A program made the translations under genes and the position numbers. This document shows positions 40,767-50,872 of a DNA stretch of 64,000 nt, in pieces. Under the pieces are notes generated by a model that made no database searches, was not told the origin of the DNA, and worked only from the letters and a program-made list of their open reading frames with translations. The stretch spans positions 66,526,001 to 66,590,000 of the forward strand of contig OZ076415.1 of NCBI GenBank assembly GCA_964187785.1, given 5' to 3'. This stretch comes from Amphiscolops sp. MND2022 (lineage: Eukaryota). Position 1 is the stretch's first letter. Every line of letters starts with the position of its first letter.

Positions 40767-42034
40767 TACAAGTTTTTTGAATTCGTGTCGAACTCATCGT
40801 TGTGATCCGTGTCGTAGCAGTCGTTAGCTTCTTCTGGTTGTGTAGTCTGGCTTGTCGCTTGCGTAGCTTGGTAGGTTCGCTGATAGTTGTTTTGCGATCG
40901 TTTGAATTCACGACGGAATTCGCGATTTTCATTGGTGGACTGCTTGTCATATGGTACATTTCGGTAAGCCGATGCACCTGGTACCCTGTCTCTGCAGTCC
41001 CGTGCGGAATGTCCGATCTTGCCACAAATTTGGCCAACTAGTTTGGAGTTGTATCGTGGTTTTTCGGTTTCTTGTTGTTGGGCATTGTTGTTTCCAGGTT
41101 GGGGACGTTGTTGTGACTTCTTCGTTATTCCGTTGGCTTCGTCCCTGAGGCGTTTGCGGCATTCGATCCACTTGTGGCCCAGTATGTTGCAGTATCTGCA
41201 ATTTCCTTCGAATCTTCGTTTGACTTCTCTTGTGGCGTTCTTCTCGGTGTTGTTGTGGTTGGGGGCCGGCTGAACGTTGTTTTGTTTCGGTTGGTAGTGG
41301 TAGACCTTGTTAAGTTGCTGCATGTCTGAGGTGCCAGGGAGCAATTGTGCATATTGGCAACGGCGTTGTACAAACGTCTTGATATCTTCCACCTTGGCAT
41401 CGTGTTTGCTTGCCATGGCAAGTTCATTTTGGATCTGGATTGGCAGTTTTGCAAACAAAAATGTCTCGGCAATGTCGTTGGCTTTGTCTCCATACGCTTG
41501 TTTAGCGAGTTTCTTGTATTTGGTGAGGAAATCGGCAAACGACTCCTTCGTGGGGTCGTACCTCATCTGGTCGAATTTATACTTCGATACCTCTCTGAGG
41601 TCCTCCTTTGCATACTCTTTGTTGAATGCTTGCAGGACGTCGTGGAGTGTCGTTTCGGTTGTGATTTTTAGGGTTTGCCAGAATTCTATGGCCTTGTCTC
41701 GGAGCAAGCTCTGAAAGTAGTTCAGTTTCTGATCTTCTGTCAGTTTATTCATGTGTGGGCGGAGGTGGTTTTTCAGTAGGTGTTCGAATTCAATATATTT
41801 GTCTCGGTTTCCGCGGAAGAGAGGGACTTGAGTTTGGAGGATTTTGGGCTGTATCACTCCATCAGTCATTGTTGTCCCTAGATTGTGGATTTCGGTCATG
41901 ACGTCGTCCATTTGAGGGTCATTGGTGGATGGTGCACGGTTTCTGGTGTGATTGGTTGCAGGGGTTGGAAGGGTCCTGCGTAGCTGTTGGAGGTTTGGAG
42001 TCGGGATTGAGTTCGTGGAGACTCCTGTCACCAT
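40766..42034 (-). CDS. gag: Element B gag (main part; N-terminal ~107 aa at 61468-61787, separated by element C)
   Basis: VPLFRGNRDKY capsid-like region; CRYCNILGHKWIEC and a second damaged knuckle; A AAA AAC slippery site just before the stop. Confidence 0.92.
   Translation of the reverse strand: MVTGVSTNSIPTPNLQQLRRTLPTPATNHTRNRAPSTNDPQMDDVMTEIHNLGTTMTDGVIQPKILQTQVPLFRGNRDKYIEFEHLLKNHLRPHMNKLTEDQKLNYFQSLLRDKAIEFWQTLKITTETTLHDVLQAFNKEYAKEDLREVSKYKFDQMRYDPTKESFADFLTKYKKLAKQAYGDKANDIAETFLFAKLPIQIQNELAMASKHDAKVEDIKTFVQRRCQYAQLLPGTSDMQQLNKVYHYQPKQNNVQPAPNHNNTEKNATREVKRRFEGNCRYCNILGHKWIECRKRLRDEANGITKKSQQRPQPGNNNAQQQETEKPRYNSKLVGQICGKIGHSARDCRDRVPGASAYRNVPYDKQSTNENREFRREFKRSQNNYQRTYQATQATSQTTQPEEANDCYDTDHNDEFDTNSKNL
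42021..42033 (-). promoter_or_regulatory. Primer-binding site of element B (TGGTGACAGGAGT, tRNA-Leu-like)
   Basis: Starts with TGG immediately after the reconstructed LTR end CA; tRNA identity tentative. Confidence 0.75.
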
Positions 42035-42035
42035 G

Positions 42036-44225
42036 TGTAAAGGTTCGTGTGGGTTTAGGAAAATTAGTTTTCTGCGATTCTTAGTCAGTTGAGCTTAGGA
42101 GTTAGCTTGCGACTATGCCTTCCTAAACCTTTACAAAAGTTGTCTCTAGGTCTTCCGAGTTCGCAGGAAGGACTTTGTTTCGAGAGAAGAGTTTAATTTT
42201 ATAAAAAGAATTTGAATTAGGTTGAGTATTATATTCAACAATGTTCGTTTTTACACAATACGCAAGAATATAATACAAACAGAATAATATAAGCATCCAA
42301 ATTGACACAAGTATCCAATCAATAATATCTGGATTGTTTAACATTCACCAAAATAAATACGTTAATGTATTAATATAGCAATATTCAGGTAAGTTGTTAG
42401 AGTACTGTAAAAGCTGGAACTTTGGAGTCCTATAACGTCCAACAATTTGTTAGGACGAAGAGTATTGGATTTTTTGATCTGTTCAGACCTTTTTCATGTC
42501 TTAGTATTCTCAACAAGAATGTGAGATTAGTTAAGTCTGTTGACAAAGGTATGACAGGTTTGTCAAAGGCTCTAGCTTATAAGAAGCTGAAGAGTTTAAA
42601 TTGTGAAGTTTTAACTTATATAACCAGCAATAGCTAGGTCGAAGACAAGATTGTATAACGTCAAGACTTTGAAGAAGTCTTGTAACTCTGGGTAAAGCAA
42701 AATCTTATTAACCAGCGTTTAGCTAGGTTTTGTGTTTGGACAGGCTTGCCAATGGCTGCTTGAACATAAGGTTCAGTGCAGTGTTTTAAGAGTTTAGCCT
42801 ATTGCAATGGACTAGCAGGTTTGCTAAGTCGAAAAAGAGACAAGGTTGTCTAACGTCAAGACTTTGAAGAAGTCTTGTAAGTCTAAGTGAGGTAAGGGTC
42901 TTATTAACCAGCGTTTAGCTAGGTTTTGTGTTTGGACAGGCTTGCCAATGGCTGCTTGAACATAAGGTTCAGTGCAGTGTTTTAAGAGTTTAACTTATGT
43001 TGTGACTAGCAGTGGCTAAGTCAAAAGGAGACAAGATTGTCTAACGTCAAGTCTTTGAAGAAGTCTTGCGAGTCTAATTTAAGTAAAGGTCTTATTCAAC
43101 CGCGTATAGCTAAGTTGTTTTTTTGTACAGAATTGTCAGGGAACTCGAACTTAAGGTCCGACTAAAGTAAATTGAAAGATTATATGCATTTTAGGTTTTA
43201 ATTTTAATTTAAGTTAAGATAAAAATTAACTTTAACTAGCATTTGCTAAGTCTTGACGCGATAGCGTACTTTAGAGAAAAAATAAGTCTCAATCAAGAAT
43301 CTGGTTTATTTGGAGCGTTTAGCTCAAAATATAAATCCCTATGATTGCATAGGAGAACCTTGTTGGTTAACTTTTTGTTCAGTCGAATGACTGTAAATTT
43401 GTTGTCACGAAGACAAGAATAAAGCAAAAAGGAAGAAATTTTGATTGTGAATTTTGTTGTTAATTTCTTAGTTAAAGAAAATAACTTACCTGAAAAGCGA
43501 AGTGAGTGGAGGTTTGGAGATTTGTTTGTTTTTTGAGAGGAGGAGAGTGACGGATTTGATTTTGTTTGAGAGGTGAAAGACTATGAGAAGCGTATGATCG
43601 TCTTTAGAAATGTTGGCCCTTTTATACAAATCAAAAGGCACGTGCAACCAATCGCATTGATCGGTGCATTTTATTGGATACGAATAAATAACGTCACATT
43701 CTCGGTCCTTGTTCGGGATTAACCTCGGGACCAGGCATGGCCGAGTACAAGTCGGCAAGAATTGCATCAGCTAGTCATTTAACTCGGCTAGCCGAGTTGG
43801 CTGATGCAATTTTTGTTTATGTCAGGGGAAATAGACTCTTAAGTGGGGACTTTTGGTCTCGCTTGAATAATCTTTTGTTCTCAAATTGAGAAGCTCCGGC
43901 CGCACAAGTGGCGCCTATTGTTCTCTTCTCAGAGATATTTGCTCGCACAAGTGGCGTCGCATATTGTCTTTTTCAAAAGAATAAAAGAGAATTATTTGCA
44001 CAAGTGGCAAGCGTCTTTTTTGTAAAGGGGAATTTGTTCTTTCAAGTGACGCGCAGTTGTGAATTTGTTCACTTCTAAAATTCTTTCAAGCGTGCCTTGA
44101 AAATTGAAAGAATGCGAAAAATGAGTTACGGAAAATGAATAATTTTATTCTAGCTCCGATGAAAGATTCTTAGATAAATGTTTTAGGAATATTAAACTGA
44201 AGAAAAAGATGTGTTGAACACAACA
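42036..44225 (-). repeat. 3' LTR of element C (2190 bp, with ~2.5 internal ~193-bp tandem units at ~42640-43130)
   Basis: Direct repeat of 59269-61463, roughly 25-30 differences by eye (~99%). Confidence 0.97.
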
Positions 44226-44248
44226 ACTCACCCGGGGTTTTATAATGA

Positions 44249-45001
44249 TTAAGTTGAAAGGGGGGGATACAGGGTGTTTATGACTTTTACTTCGAAGAAT
44301 ATGGAATCGTTTTTCAGCCAAGGGTTTTCGGAATTCATTAGTTCATCAAGAGGGATGAAACACAAGATGGTGACGGCTGTGTTGCTAGATGTAGGTATGA
44401 GTTTCTTGAAGCACTCACTGTTGTTGTTGTTTGTCACAATCAGCTGCTTGTAAGGCTTGGATATGTTTCCCTGGCCGAGCAGGTGGATCTCAATGACGCC
44501 TTGAAAAGGCCAAATGAGGATCTCGTCATAGGGCCCGGGACACATAGCCAAGCACACTGACATGTATTTTCCTTTAGCAGTGTGGATCCCAAAGGGGTAG
44601 GCTCGAAGATGGAAAGTGTAGCCAAAGGGTTGCGAGAAGAAAATAGGGCTGCAAAGATCTTTTAGGCTGTTAGGATCACAATAGGGTGCTCTTACATGAG
44701 ACAAACTCTTTTCGTATTTATCCGCATTTTTTAGAATATCGGTAAACTGATCGAGTCTCCAAATGACTCTGTATAAGTTCCAATCCCGGGGAATTGACTT
44801 TTTTTCTATACGTAGAATACGCATTTCCAGTGCATCAAGTCTTTTGTTTACCTCGTGTGTGCGGTCCGAATCTTTTGATTCATCGGTGTAAGGGGTGATG
44901 TTTACTTTTTGTCGCAGTAGAAGTAACTCGTTAATTAGGGAGTCTGTCAGGGATCGTTCGTCTTCTAGTTGTTCAATGATGGTGGATAAGCTTGAATTCA
45001 T
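44249..45001 (-). CDS. TRAF-like protein (coiled coil + MATH/TRAF-C domain, no RING or zinc fingers), 250 aa
   Basis: VIWRLDQF, SPIFFSQPFGYTFHLRAYPFG, YMSVCLAMCPGPYDEILIWPFQG, CFIPLDEL, WLKNDSIFFEVKV match the TRAF-C strand motifs; intact, intronless. Confidence 0.92.
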   Translation of the reverse strand: MNSSLSTIIEQLEDERSLTDSLINELLLLRQKVNITPYTDESKDSDRTHEVNKRLDALEMRILRIEKKSIPRDWNLYRVIWRLDQFTDILKNADKYEKSLSHVRAPYCDPNSLKDLCSPIFFSQPFGYTFHLRAYPFGIHTAKGKYMSVCLAMCPGPYDEILIWPFQGVIEIHLLGQGNISKPYKQLIVTNNNNSECFKKLIPTSSNTAVTILCFIPLDELMNSENPWLKNDSIFFEVKVINTLYPPLST

Positions 45002-47711
45002 CTTGAGTTATAGTTCTGAAAGAGAATACAAAATCACTTTTAAAAAATGCTGAAGTGCCTCTAAGGGGCACTACTATTCGTTGATAGCCTAGAATGGGAT
45101 TTTCTAGTGTAAATTCTTGGCGGTTTGGATCCCAGAAGACAATATGCCACTGGTTACATTCTCGTTTCAAAAGATAATTTAAATCGAGTTGAAATCGGGG
45201 ATTTCTGGTGAAGGAATATCTGTTGGCAGCCTCTTCAATCTTTCGTTGTCGGCGTAGTGATTCTTGAACACCAAAAGTAGTCTTTTGCTTTTTATGAGAT
45301 TGTTTGATGGGTGATGGATGAGGTCGCTTGGACGGTAAGGGAGTTGTTTTCAGGCTGTTTGGTGGAGGAGGCGGTGCTGTTTTGACAGTGCCTTCAGCTA
45401 TTGTCTCAGTTGGGAGGAAGTCAAAATCTGATGGAGAAAGCAGAGGAAGATCGATCAAGTCGGCGTTGTCGGGTTTTGGTTCACTGGTTAGCGACTCTAT
45501 TTCTTCTGCAATTGATTTTTCGTTTTGCATGTTCTGGGTACTAAACACAAAAACATGAAAGTACAGTTTTACTGGTGAGACCGTATGGATGGTTGATGTG
45601 GGGGGTCTTGTTATGGCAGGATAAATATGCTCAAGAGTCTCGTGCTCATTGTAGTTTTTGTCGGGTGGAGTACTTGAGGTCATTGGGTCATGTTGGGGAA
45701 TCTGATTTAGCGTTGATATCATTGATACTGTAAACAAATTGTAGGTTGCTGAGAGGAGTATTTTACCGATACCCCAAGAAGCTCCTGTTACTCGGTGTAG
45801 TTCAAATGAGCGAAATGTTATGACGATTACATTAACCAAAAACTTGATAAGAAGAAATCCTCCAAACCATTGTCCCAGTTTGCTAAACCAGTATTCAATG
45901 ATACCAAAGGTGCTAATGAACTGCTCTTTGAAGTATCCTGGCGATATCATGTTGTCCACGTAGAAGTCTGTACGTGGTGCATAATAACCAAACTCGTCGG
46001 GGCCTTTGTTGGAGGCTGAAGGTATGATGAGTTCCCGTGAAAATTTTTGTAAAGCTTTTCTGGATGCTGCGCTAATCAAAATATTGTCCCAAAAATCACT
46101 GAGCTGTCCTTTTGTATACATTCCAGCATCCTGAGATTCATCGAAAGTATCCTTGGTAAAGGGAGAAATTTCTTTTGGGCCAAAGATGGCAGGTCTGTCT
46201 CGATGTGTGGGTTCTGGGTTTAACGAAAACCAGGAGTCCTTGTCTTGCATGTCCAGTTGATAAAGATTTTTGATTCTGTCCGTGCAGTTTTGAGTATTTG
46301 CATTAGGATAAGTTTGTCGGGTGATGGGATCTACGAATTGGATTTGTCCTTTGTAAAAGATGGGTGTTTTGTCATAACAATTACTAATAACATGAAGGGG
46401 TGATGATATTAAAGGACAGGAGTAGAGCCAAGCAAGACTGCCATCAGTTTCAAGGAACATAGATCTGTTTCCAGTTAGCATATATCCTGCAAGGCGTGGA
46501 TTTTCCAAAGAGAGCATCAATATAGTGAGTACTTGGGTCCTTTCTTGCTCACATTGGTTTTTCAACATTTGAATCTCAGACGATTGAAGCGCTCGAGTGC
46601 TTTCGAAAAATAGGTAGTCCAATTTTGTACCAACTTGCATTTCGTAGTCCATATGGAGCCAAGTATTTACATACTTGTCTTTAACTGTGGCGTCTCTGTT
46701 GTATATGTAAAGTCCAGGTTTCCCAGAGTTGTCTGTGGAGTATTGGAGGGTATAGAATCCTCTTGTAATTCCCATTTTTCTTCCAGAGGCCATGTCAAAT
46801 CCACCAGTATGTATTACAATGTACATGGACTCGTAATTGGTTGGGTAAACATCATTCGGTTTATTACAGAATTTCTGGGGGTAGTTTTTCACTTCGAACA
46901 AGAATTTGGAAGTGGAGGCGTTAGTACTCACCATGTGATATCGATGTTCATTTTTAATCATGTTCACTTGTTCTTCCTTCAAAACCGACAATACGCAATT
47001 ATCTGGGTGATCCCATATATAAGCATAAGGATCTAAGGATGTGCTTTGGCAACCCAAATCATCGAGTTTACATGGAAGGGGATTCCCATTTACATTATGT
47101 ACTGTTCCGTCTCTCAGTTTAACTGGTAGAGTCACCTCTTGGATGTGGCTTTCAAAAGTGTCTTTGGTCATCCAAGACCTTCCATTGCAATGGTTCCTAT
47201 TTTCCTCGCTTTTCTTCCCATTAGTATAGGATTGAACAAGTTTTGTCGCTTTTTTGAACTGGACCATGTGGTCGAGTATTTGTATTTTTCCTTCTTCCCG
47301 TGCCCTTCTGCATTGTTCTTTGCTCAGGTCGATATCGCTTGTGATTGTGTTTTGTTCGGCGTCAATACTTGCATGGTCATGATATCCATAGTGCCACTTG
47401 AATCTACTGTGCTTTAGACGGCACATAGTGGCGTTGAGTTCTGTTCGGAAGTGCTTTGTGTAGACAGTGATTATAGCTGGGTTGATTTCAATGTTTTCTG
47501 GGGAAACGTGGCAGGGTCTCACTTGATTTAGTGCATACAATTTGTTTTCAGTCATCTCTCCACAATCATAATGTGACACACTGAGTCTCTGTGCAATGTC
47601 GTCCAGATTGGGGTTCGGAAGGCCATTGATGAGGGCGTAGCACGTAATGAGCATTACAAAGAACTTACTGCACATTTTGGATCTAATGGGGGGAATCTTA
47701 GGCATTGCCAA
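44973..47711 (-). CDS. env: Envelope glycoprotein, chuvirus-G/herpes-gB-like (class III), read through into a ~185-aa downstream segment
   Basis: Signal peptide after M47675; HYDC..LNQVRPC; QCEQER..ENPRLAGYMLTG..DGSLAWLYSC..CYDKTPI..VDPITR..C Cys pattern; TM segment WFGGFLLIKFLVNVIVITF. Confidence 0.85.
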   Translation of the reverse strand: MAMPKIPPIRSKMCSKFFVMLITCYALINGLPNPNLDDIAQRLSVSHYDCGEMTENKLYALNQVRPCHVSPENIEINPAIITVYTKHFRTELNATMCRLKHSRFKWHYGYHDHASIDAEQNTITSDIDLSKEQCRRAREEGKIQILDHMVQFKKATKLVQSYTNGKKSEENRNHCNGRSWMTKDTFESHIQEVTLPVKLRDGTVHNVNGNPLPCKLDDLGCQSTSLDPYAYIWDHPDNCVLSVLKEEQVNMIKNEHRYHMVSTNASTSKFLFEVKNYPQKFCNKPNDVYPTNYESMYIVIHTGGFDMASGRKMGITRGFYTLQYSTDNSGKPGLYIYNRDATVKDKYVNTWLHMDYEMQVGTKLDYLFFESTRALQSSEIQMLKNQCEQERTQVLTILMLSLENPRLAGYMLTGNRSMFLETDGSLAWLYSCPLISSPLHVISNCYDKTPIFYKGQIQFVDPITRQTYPNANTQNCTDRIKNLYQLDMQDKDSWFSLNPEPTHRDRPAIFGPKEISPFTKDTFDESQDAGMYTKGQLSDFWDNILISAASRKALQKFSRELIIPSASNKGPDEFGYYAPRTDFYVDNMISPGYFKEQFISTFGIIEYWFSKLGQWFGGFLLIKFLVNVIVITFRSFELHRVTGASWGIGKILLSATYNLFTVSMISTLNQIPQHDPMTSSTPPDKNYNEHETLEHIYPAITRPPTSTIHTVSPVKLYFHVFVFSTQNMQNEKSIAEEIESLTSEPKPDNADLIDLPLLSPSDFDFLPTETIAEGTVKTAPPPPPNSLKTTPLPSKRPHPSPIKQSHKKQKTTFGVQESLRRQRKIEEAANRYSFTRNPRFQLDLNYLLKRECNQWHIVFWDPNRQEFTLENPILGYQRIVVPLRGTSAFFKSDFVFSFRTITQDEFKLIHHH

Positions 47712-47759
47712 AACTTCTTTTTGTGAAGGGCAAAATGTTAAGAGTGGTTTACGAGAGGA

Positions 47760-48100
47760 GAATTAAACGGTAGCTTGCTAACCGAGAGTTGGTGGAGTCG
47801 AATTTGACAATCCAGTTGAAATCAAGGTTGATTTGACTGATGAAGACTGCTTTTCAGAATGACTGAAAGTGGACAAAATTTGTCTATTGTCTTCAACCAA
47901 ACCAAAATTTGGATATAAATTTGGTAGTTTGCTAACCAGAAGTCGAAGGAGTCTAACTGACTACCCGATGCGAATCAGAATTGATTCAGACGTGATGATG
48001 TTTTCAAGAACTGAAATGAGAAAAATGTTGTCTAATGACTTCAACTAAAGCGAAAGTGAATAAACGTTTGGTAGCTTGCTAACCAAAGGAGGGTGTAGTC
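47760..48100. repeat. Three imperfect ~150-bp direct repeats upstream of env
   Basis: Core ggtagyttgctaacc at ~47769, ~47924 and ~48069. Confidence 0.6.
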
Positions 48101-48310
48101 AAAGTGACCACTTCTGTAGTTTTGAGATTGGTGCACGAGTCTATAAATTGAGTTTCAGTATCTGGCTCGATTGATAGCCGTTTTATAAGCATTGAAAGTA
48201 CACTCTGTTATCAGAAGTGAAGTTATGGGCTTTGGATTTGAAAATGGGATAGTGAGGTGGGATTATAAGAATTTATTCAACACAAAATACAAGGTTCTAG
48301 TTTATGAAAT

Positions 48311-48978
48311 TTACAAATCATAAAATTTAATAAGATCCGTGTACAACTGGTTATATTTAGGAGAGGTGACGCATTCGATATCCATAACACTGGTTAATTC
48401 TCCCAGCACATCTAAATCAAATTTGGTGATGTGTCTTTCGGGTTTGTGTTCATACGAAATGAGGGAAGCGGCTAGTGATGCATATAGGAAAGTGTTCTTG
48501 TAGATTTGTCTCTGGTACTTTTTGTCGGGCAAGTCGTAACGCTCAAAATGGATGCAAATTTTGAATCCGTAGGTCCAAGTCCACCGAACATAGGTAATCA
48601 AAAACTTTTTGTTGTTTTCACTAACGAAAATTGTCCAGGGGCAATTGAAACTGCGTTCTTCGCATTTCTTCTCCCAAAGGGTGTCCCAGTAGATAGTAGG
48701 AAAATGATAGCTTTGTGTAATTCTCGATTTTGCTCTGTTGCGCGAGTCTTTTTTGAGAATAGACTGTGGGTTCATTAGAGTCAAACAAATCTGTAGGTAT
48801 GTCTCCCACAAATGTCATAAGATGTAGAAAATAGTTCCAGTAGACTGATTGTCGATCTACAAAAACAATGTCCCTTTTTGAAGTGATGTGGTGTTTTAGG
48901 TAGATATAAATTCTATCTTGGTCCAGCTCAGTTTTATAGATCCTGTAGAATGCGTTTTCAATTTTGATGTAAGTCATA
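48311..48978 (-). pseudogene. Element C accessory ORF (~220 aa, aromatic-rich, one frameshift), unknown
   Basis: Overlapping ORFs 48621-49013 and 48311-48811 join near 48710. Confidence 0.55.
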
Positions 48979-48996
48979 CGATGAACTGAAATAATC

Positions 48997-49482
48997 AAAA
49001 GTTTTTTACCCACGGCAGAGATTGATAACTGAGATCGTTACCGTGCTGAAAAGTTTTTTACCCACGGCAGAGATTGATACTGTGATCGTTACCGTGCTGA
49101 AAAGTTTTTTTACCCACGGCAGAGATTGATACTGTGATCGTTACCGTGCTGAAAAGTTTTTTACCCACGGCAGAGGTTGATACTGTGATCGTTACCGTGC
49201 TGAAAAGTTTTTTACCCACGGCAGAGATTGATACTGTGATCGTTACCGTGCTGAAAAGTTTTTTACCCACGGCAGAGATTGATACTGTGATCGTTACCGT
49301 GCTCGACTTTTTGAAAGGTTTTTTACCCACGGCAGAGATTGATACTGTGATCGTTACCGTGCTCGAATTTGAAAAGTTATTTACCCACGGCAGAGATCGA
49401 TAACTAAGATCGTTACCGTGCTTGATTTTTTGAAAGGTTATTTACCCACGGCAGAGATTGATAACTAAGATCGTTACCGTGC
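48997..49482. repeat. Tandem array, 9 copies of a 51-60 bp hairpin-forming unit
   Basis: Unit aaaagttttttacccacggcagagattgatactgtgatcgttaccgtgctg; CACGG/CCGTG and GAT/ATC inverted pairs. Confidence 0.95.
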
Positions 49483-49584
49483 TAAGCTGAAATGAATGAT
49501 TATATATGAGCTATTAGTTTAAGTTAAGATGACAGCGAAGAGAAGGGAAAAGGATTGGGTAAGAAGAAGACTTTTATGTACAAT

Positions 49585-50106
49585 TTAAAAGTCGTCCATT
49601 TCTTGCCAAAGCATCACGGTTTCTAATATGTCTATATACATATCTTTATAGTTCGAGCTCCGGCAGGTAGCATCCATTTGGTCTGTTATGGCGCTCAAGG
49701 CATCAGTATCCTGTTTAGACAGTTGCGGTTCTGGTTTCCTTTTGTAAGTGACTAGAGCTGCTGTCAGAGACATGTAGAGAAATGATCCCGGTTTTAACCA
49801 TTTATGGTACGCTTGCTTTGACCTGTAGTTGTGGAATCGAATTTCCACATCTGCTGCTGGATGCCAGCTCCAGTTAAACTCTTGTACAATCATGGAAGTC
49901 TCTTCGACTTCGGGCATCACATTCCATGTGCAATTGAAATTGATTTTATTGATAACGATGATTGGAATGTCATGAAAGACGGGCTTCATCTCTGGTTGAA
50001 TTTGGCTGAAAGTTGACTGAAAAGAAAGACAATGTTCGAAAATGCTCCTTGGCTTATTTTGTAAAATTTGAACAAGTTTTACGGTTGCAAGAGCTTGACT
50101 TTGCAA
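49585..50106 (-). CDS. Element C accessory ORF, 173 aa, unknown (start uncertain)
   Basis: Open frame with protein-like composition between pol and env. Confidence 0.5.
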   Translation of the reverse strand: MQSQALATVKLVQILQNKPRSIFEHCLSFQSTFSQIQPEMKPVFHDIPIIVINKINFNCTWNVMPEVEETSMIVQEFNWSWHPAADVEIRFHNYRSKQAYHKWLKPGSFLYMSLTAALVTYKRKPEPQLSKQDTDALSAITDQMDATCRSSNYKDMYIDILETVMLWQEMDDF

Positions 50107-50872
50107 AAGACAAAATTTTATACTTTTGTGTTTTTGTTCTTTTCACAAGGTTCTCCTTTAGCAGGGCTTTGTCTTATTTCTTTTGTTCTCCTACTACTTT
50201 TGTTTTCTTTTGTAGTCTTTGTAATGTGATTTTTGTGTTCTTTTGTTTTCTGCATGCTTTTGTTATTACATGCAGTGACTTCTTTTATTAATTTCTTCTA
50301 ATTGTTGACTCCTCTTTTCCGTTTTCTTTGGTTTGCATCATTGGCTTTCATCTGTTCTTTTTATTAAAAACGCGCTTTTGTTGTTGAAGAACTGTGGGTG
50401 CCATGTGTGTTTTTGAAGTTTGCTTTGTAGTGAATGCGCTTTTGTCATGGTTTAGTTCTTTTGGTTGCCATGTGGTTTCAAGTGGTTTGAAAAATTGTTT
50501 GTTCACAATGTGCTTTTGTAATGGTTCAGTTCTTTGGACGCCATGTGTGTTTTTGAAGTGGTAGCTTAAGTTTGACTTGTGTTGAGTGCGCTCTCGGATG
50601 TTAGTCTGATCTCTTCAAATTCACAAGTAAGTTCGTTTTCGGTTTTCGTTTTTCTTGAATTTTTGTTATCGTGTATATGACACGCTCGACCGCCGAAAAA
50701 GGAATAGAAAAGTTGTAAGCATATAGTGGTAAAAATTGGGAGAAAAATGAAAAACGGTGTTGAGCAGCAAAGTGTGAGAGGAGGAAATTTTTAAATGGTA
50801 TAAGGGGGGGTGGTGAAAATGAAATTTGAGATTGCAAGTTAGTTGTTGTTATTTAGACTTTTTCTTTGCACG

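Noticed and set aside
36557-41714. Many short plus-strand ORFs opposite gag-pol (also opposite elements A and C)
   Set aside because: Shadow ORFs of long coding sequences, with no splice-supported frame or motifs.
44226-44240. Polypurine tract of element C
   Set aside because: The sequence (AAACCCCGGGTGAGT) is not a clean purine run; position fits but I cannot support the call.
49058-49403. ORFs on both strands of the tandem array
   Set aside because: By-products of the 51-bp periodicity.
48997-49482. CRISPR array
   Set aside because: Units are contiguous near-identical repeats with no unique spacers; eukaryotic context with no cas genes.
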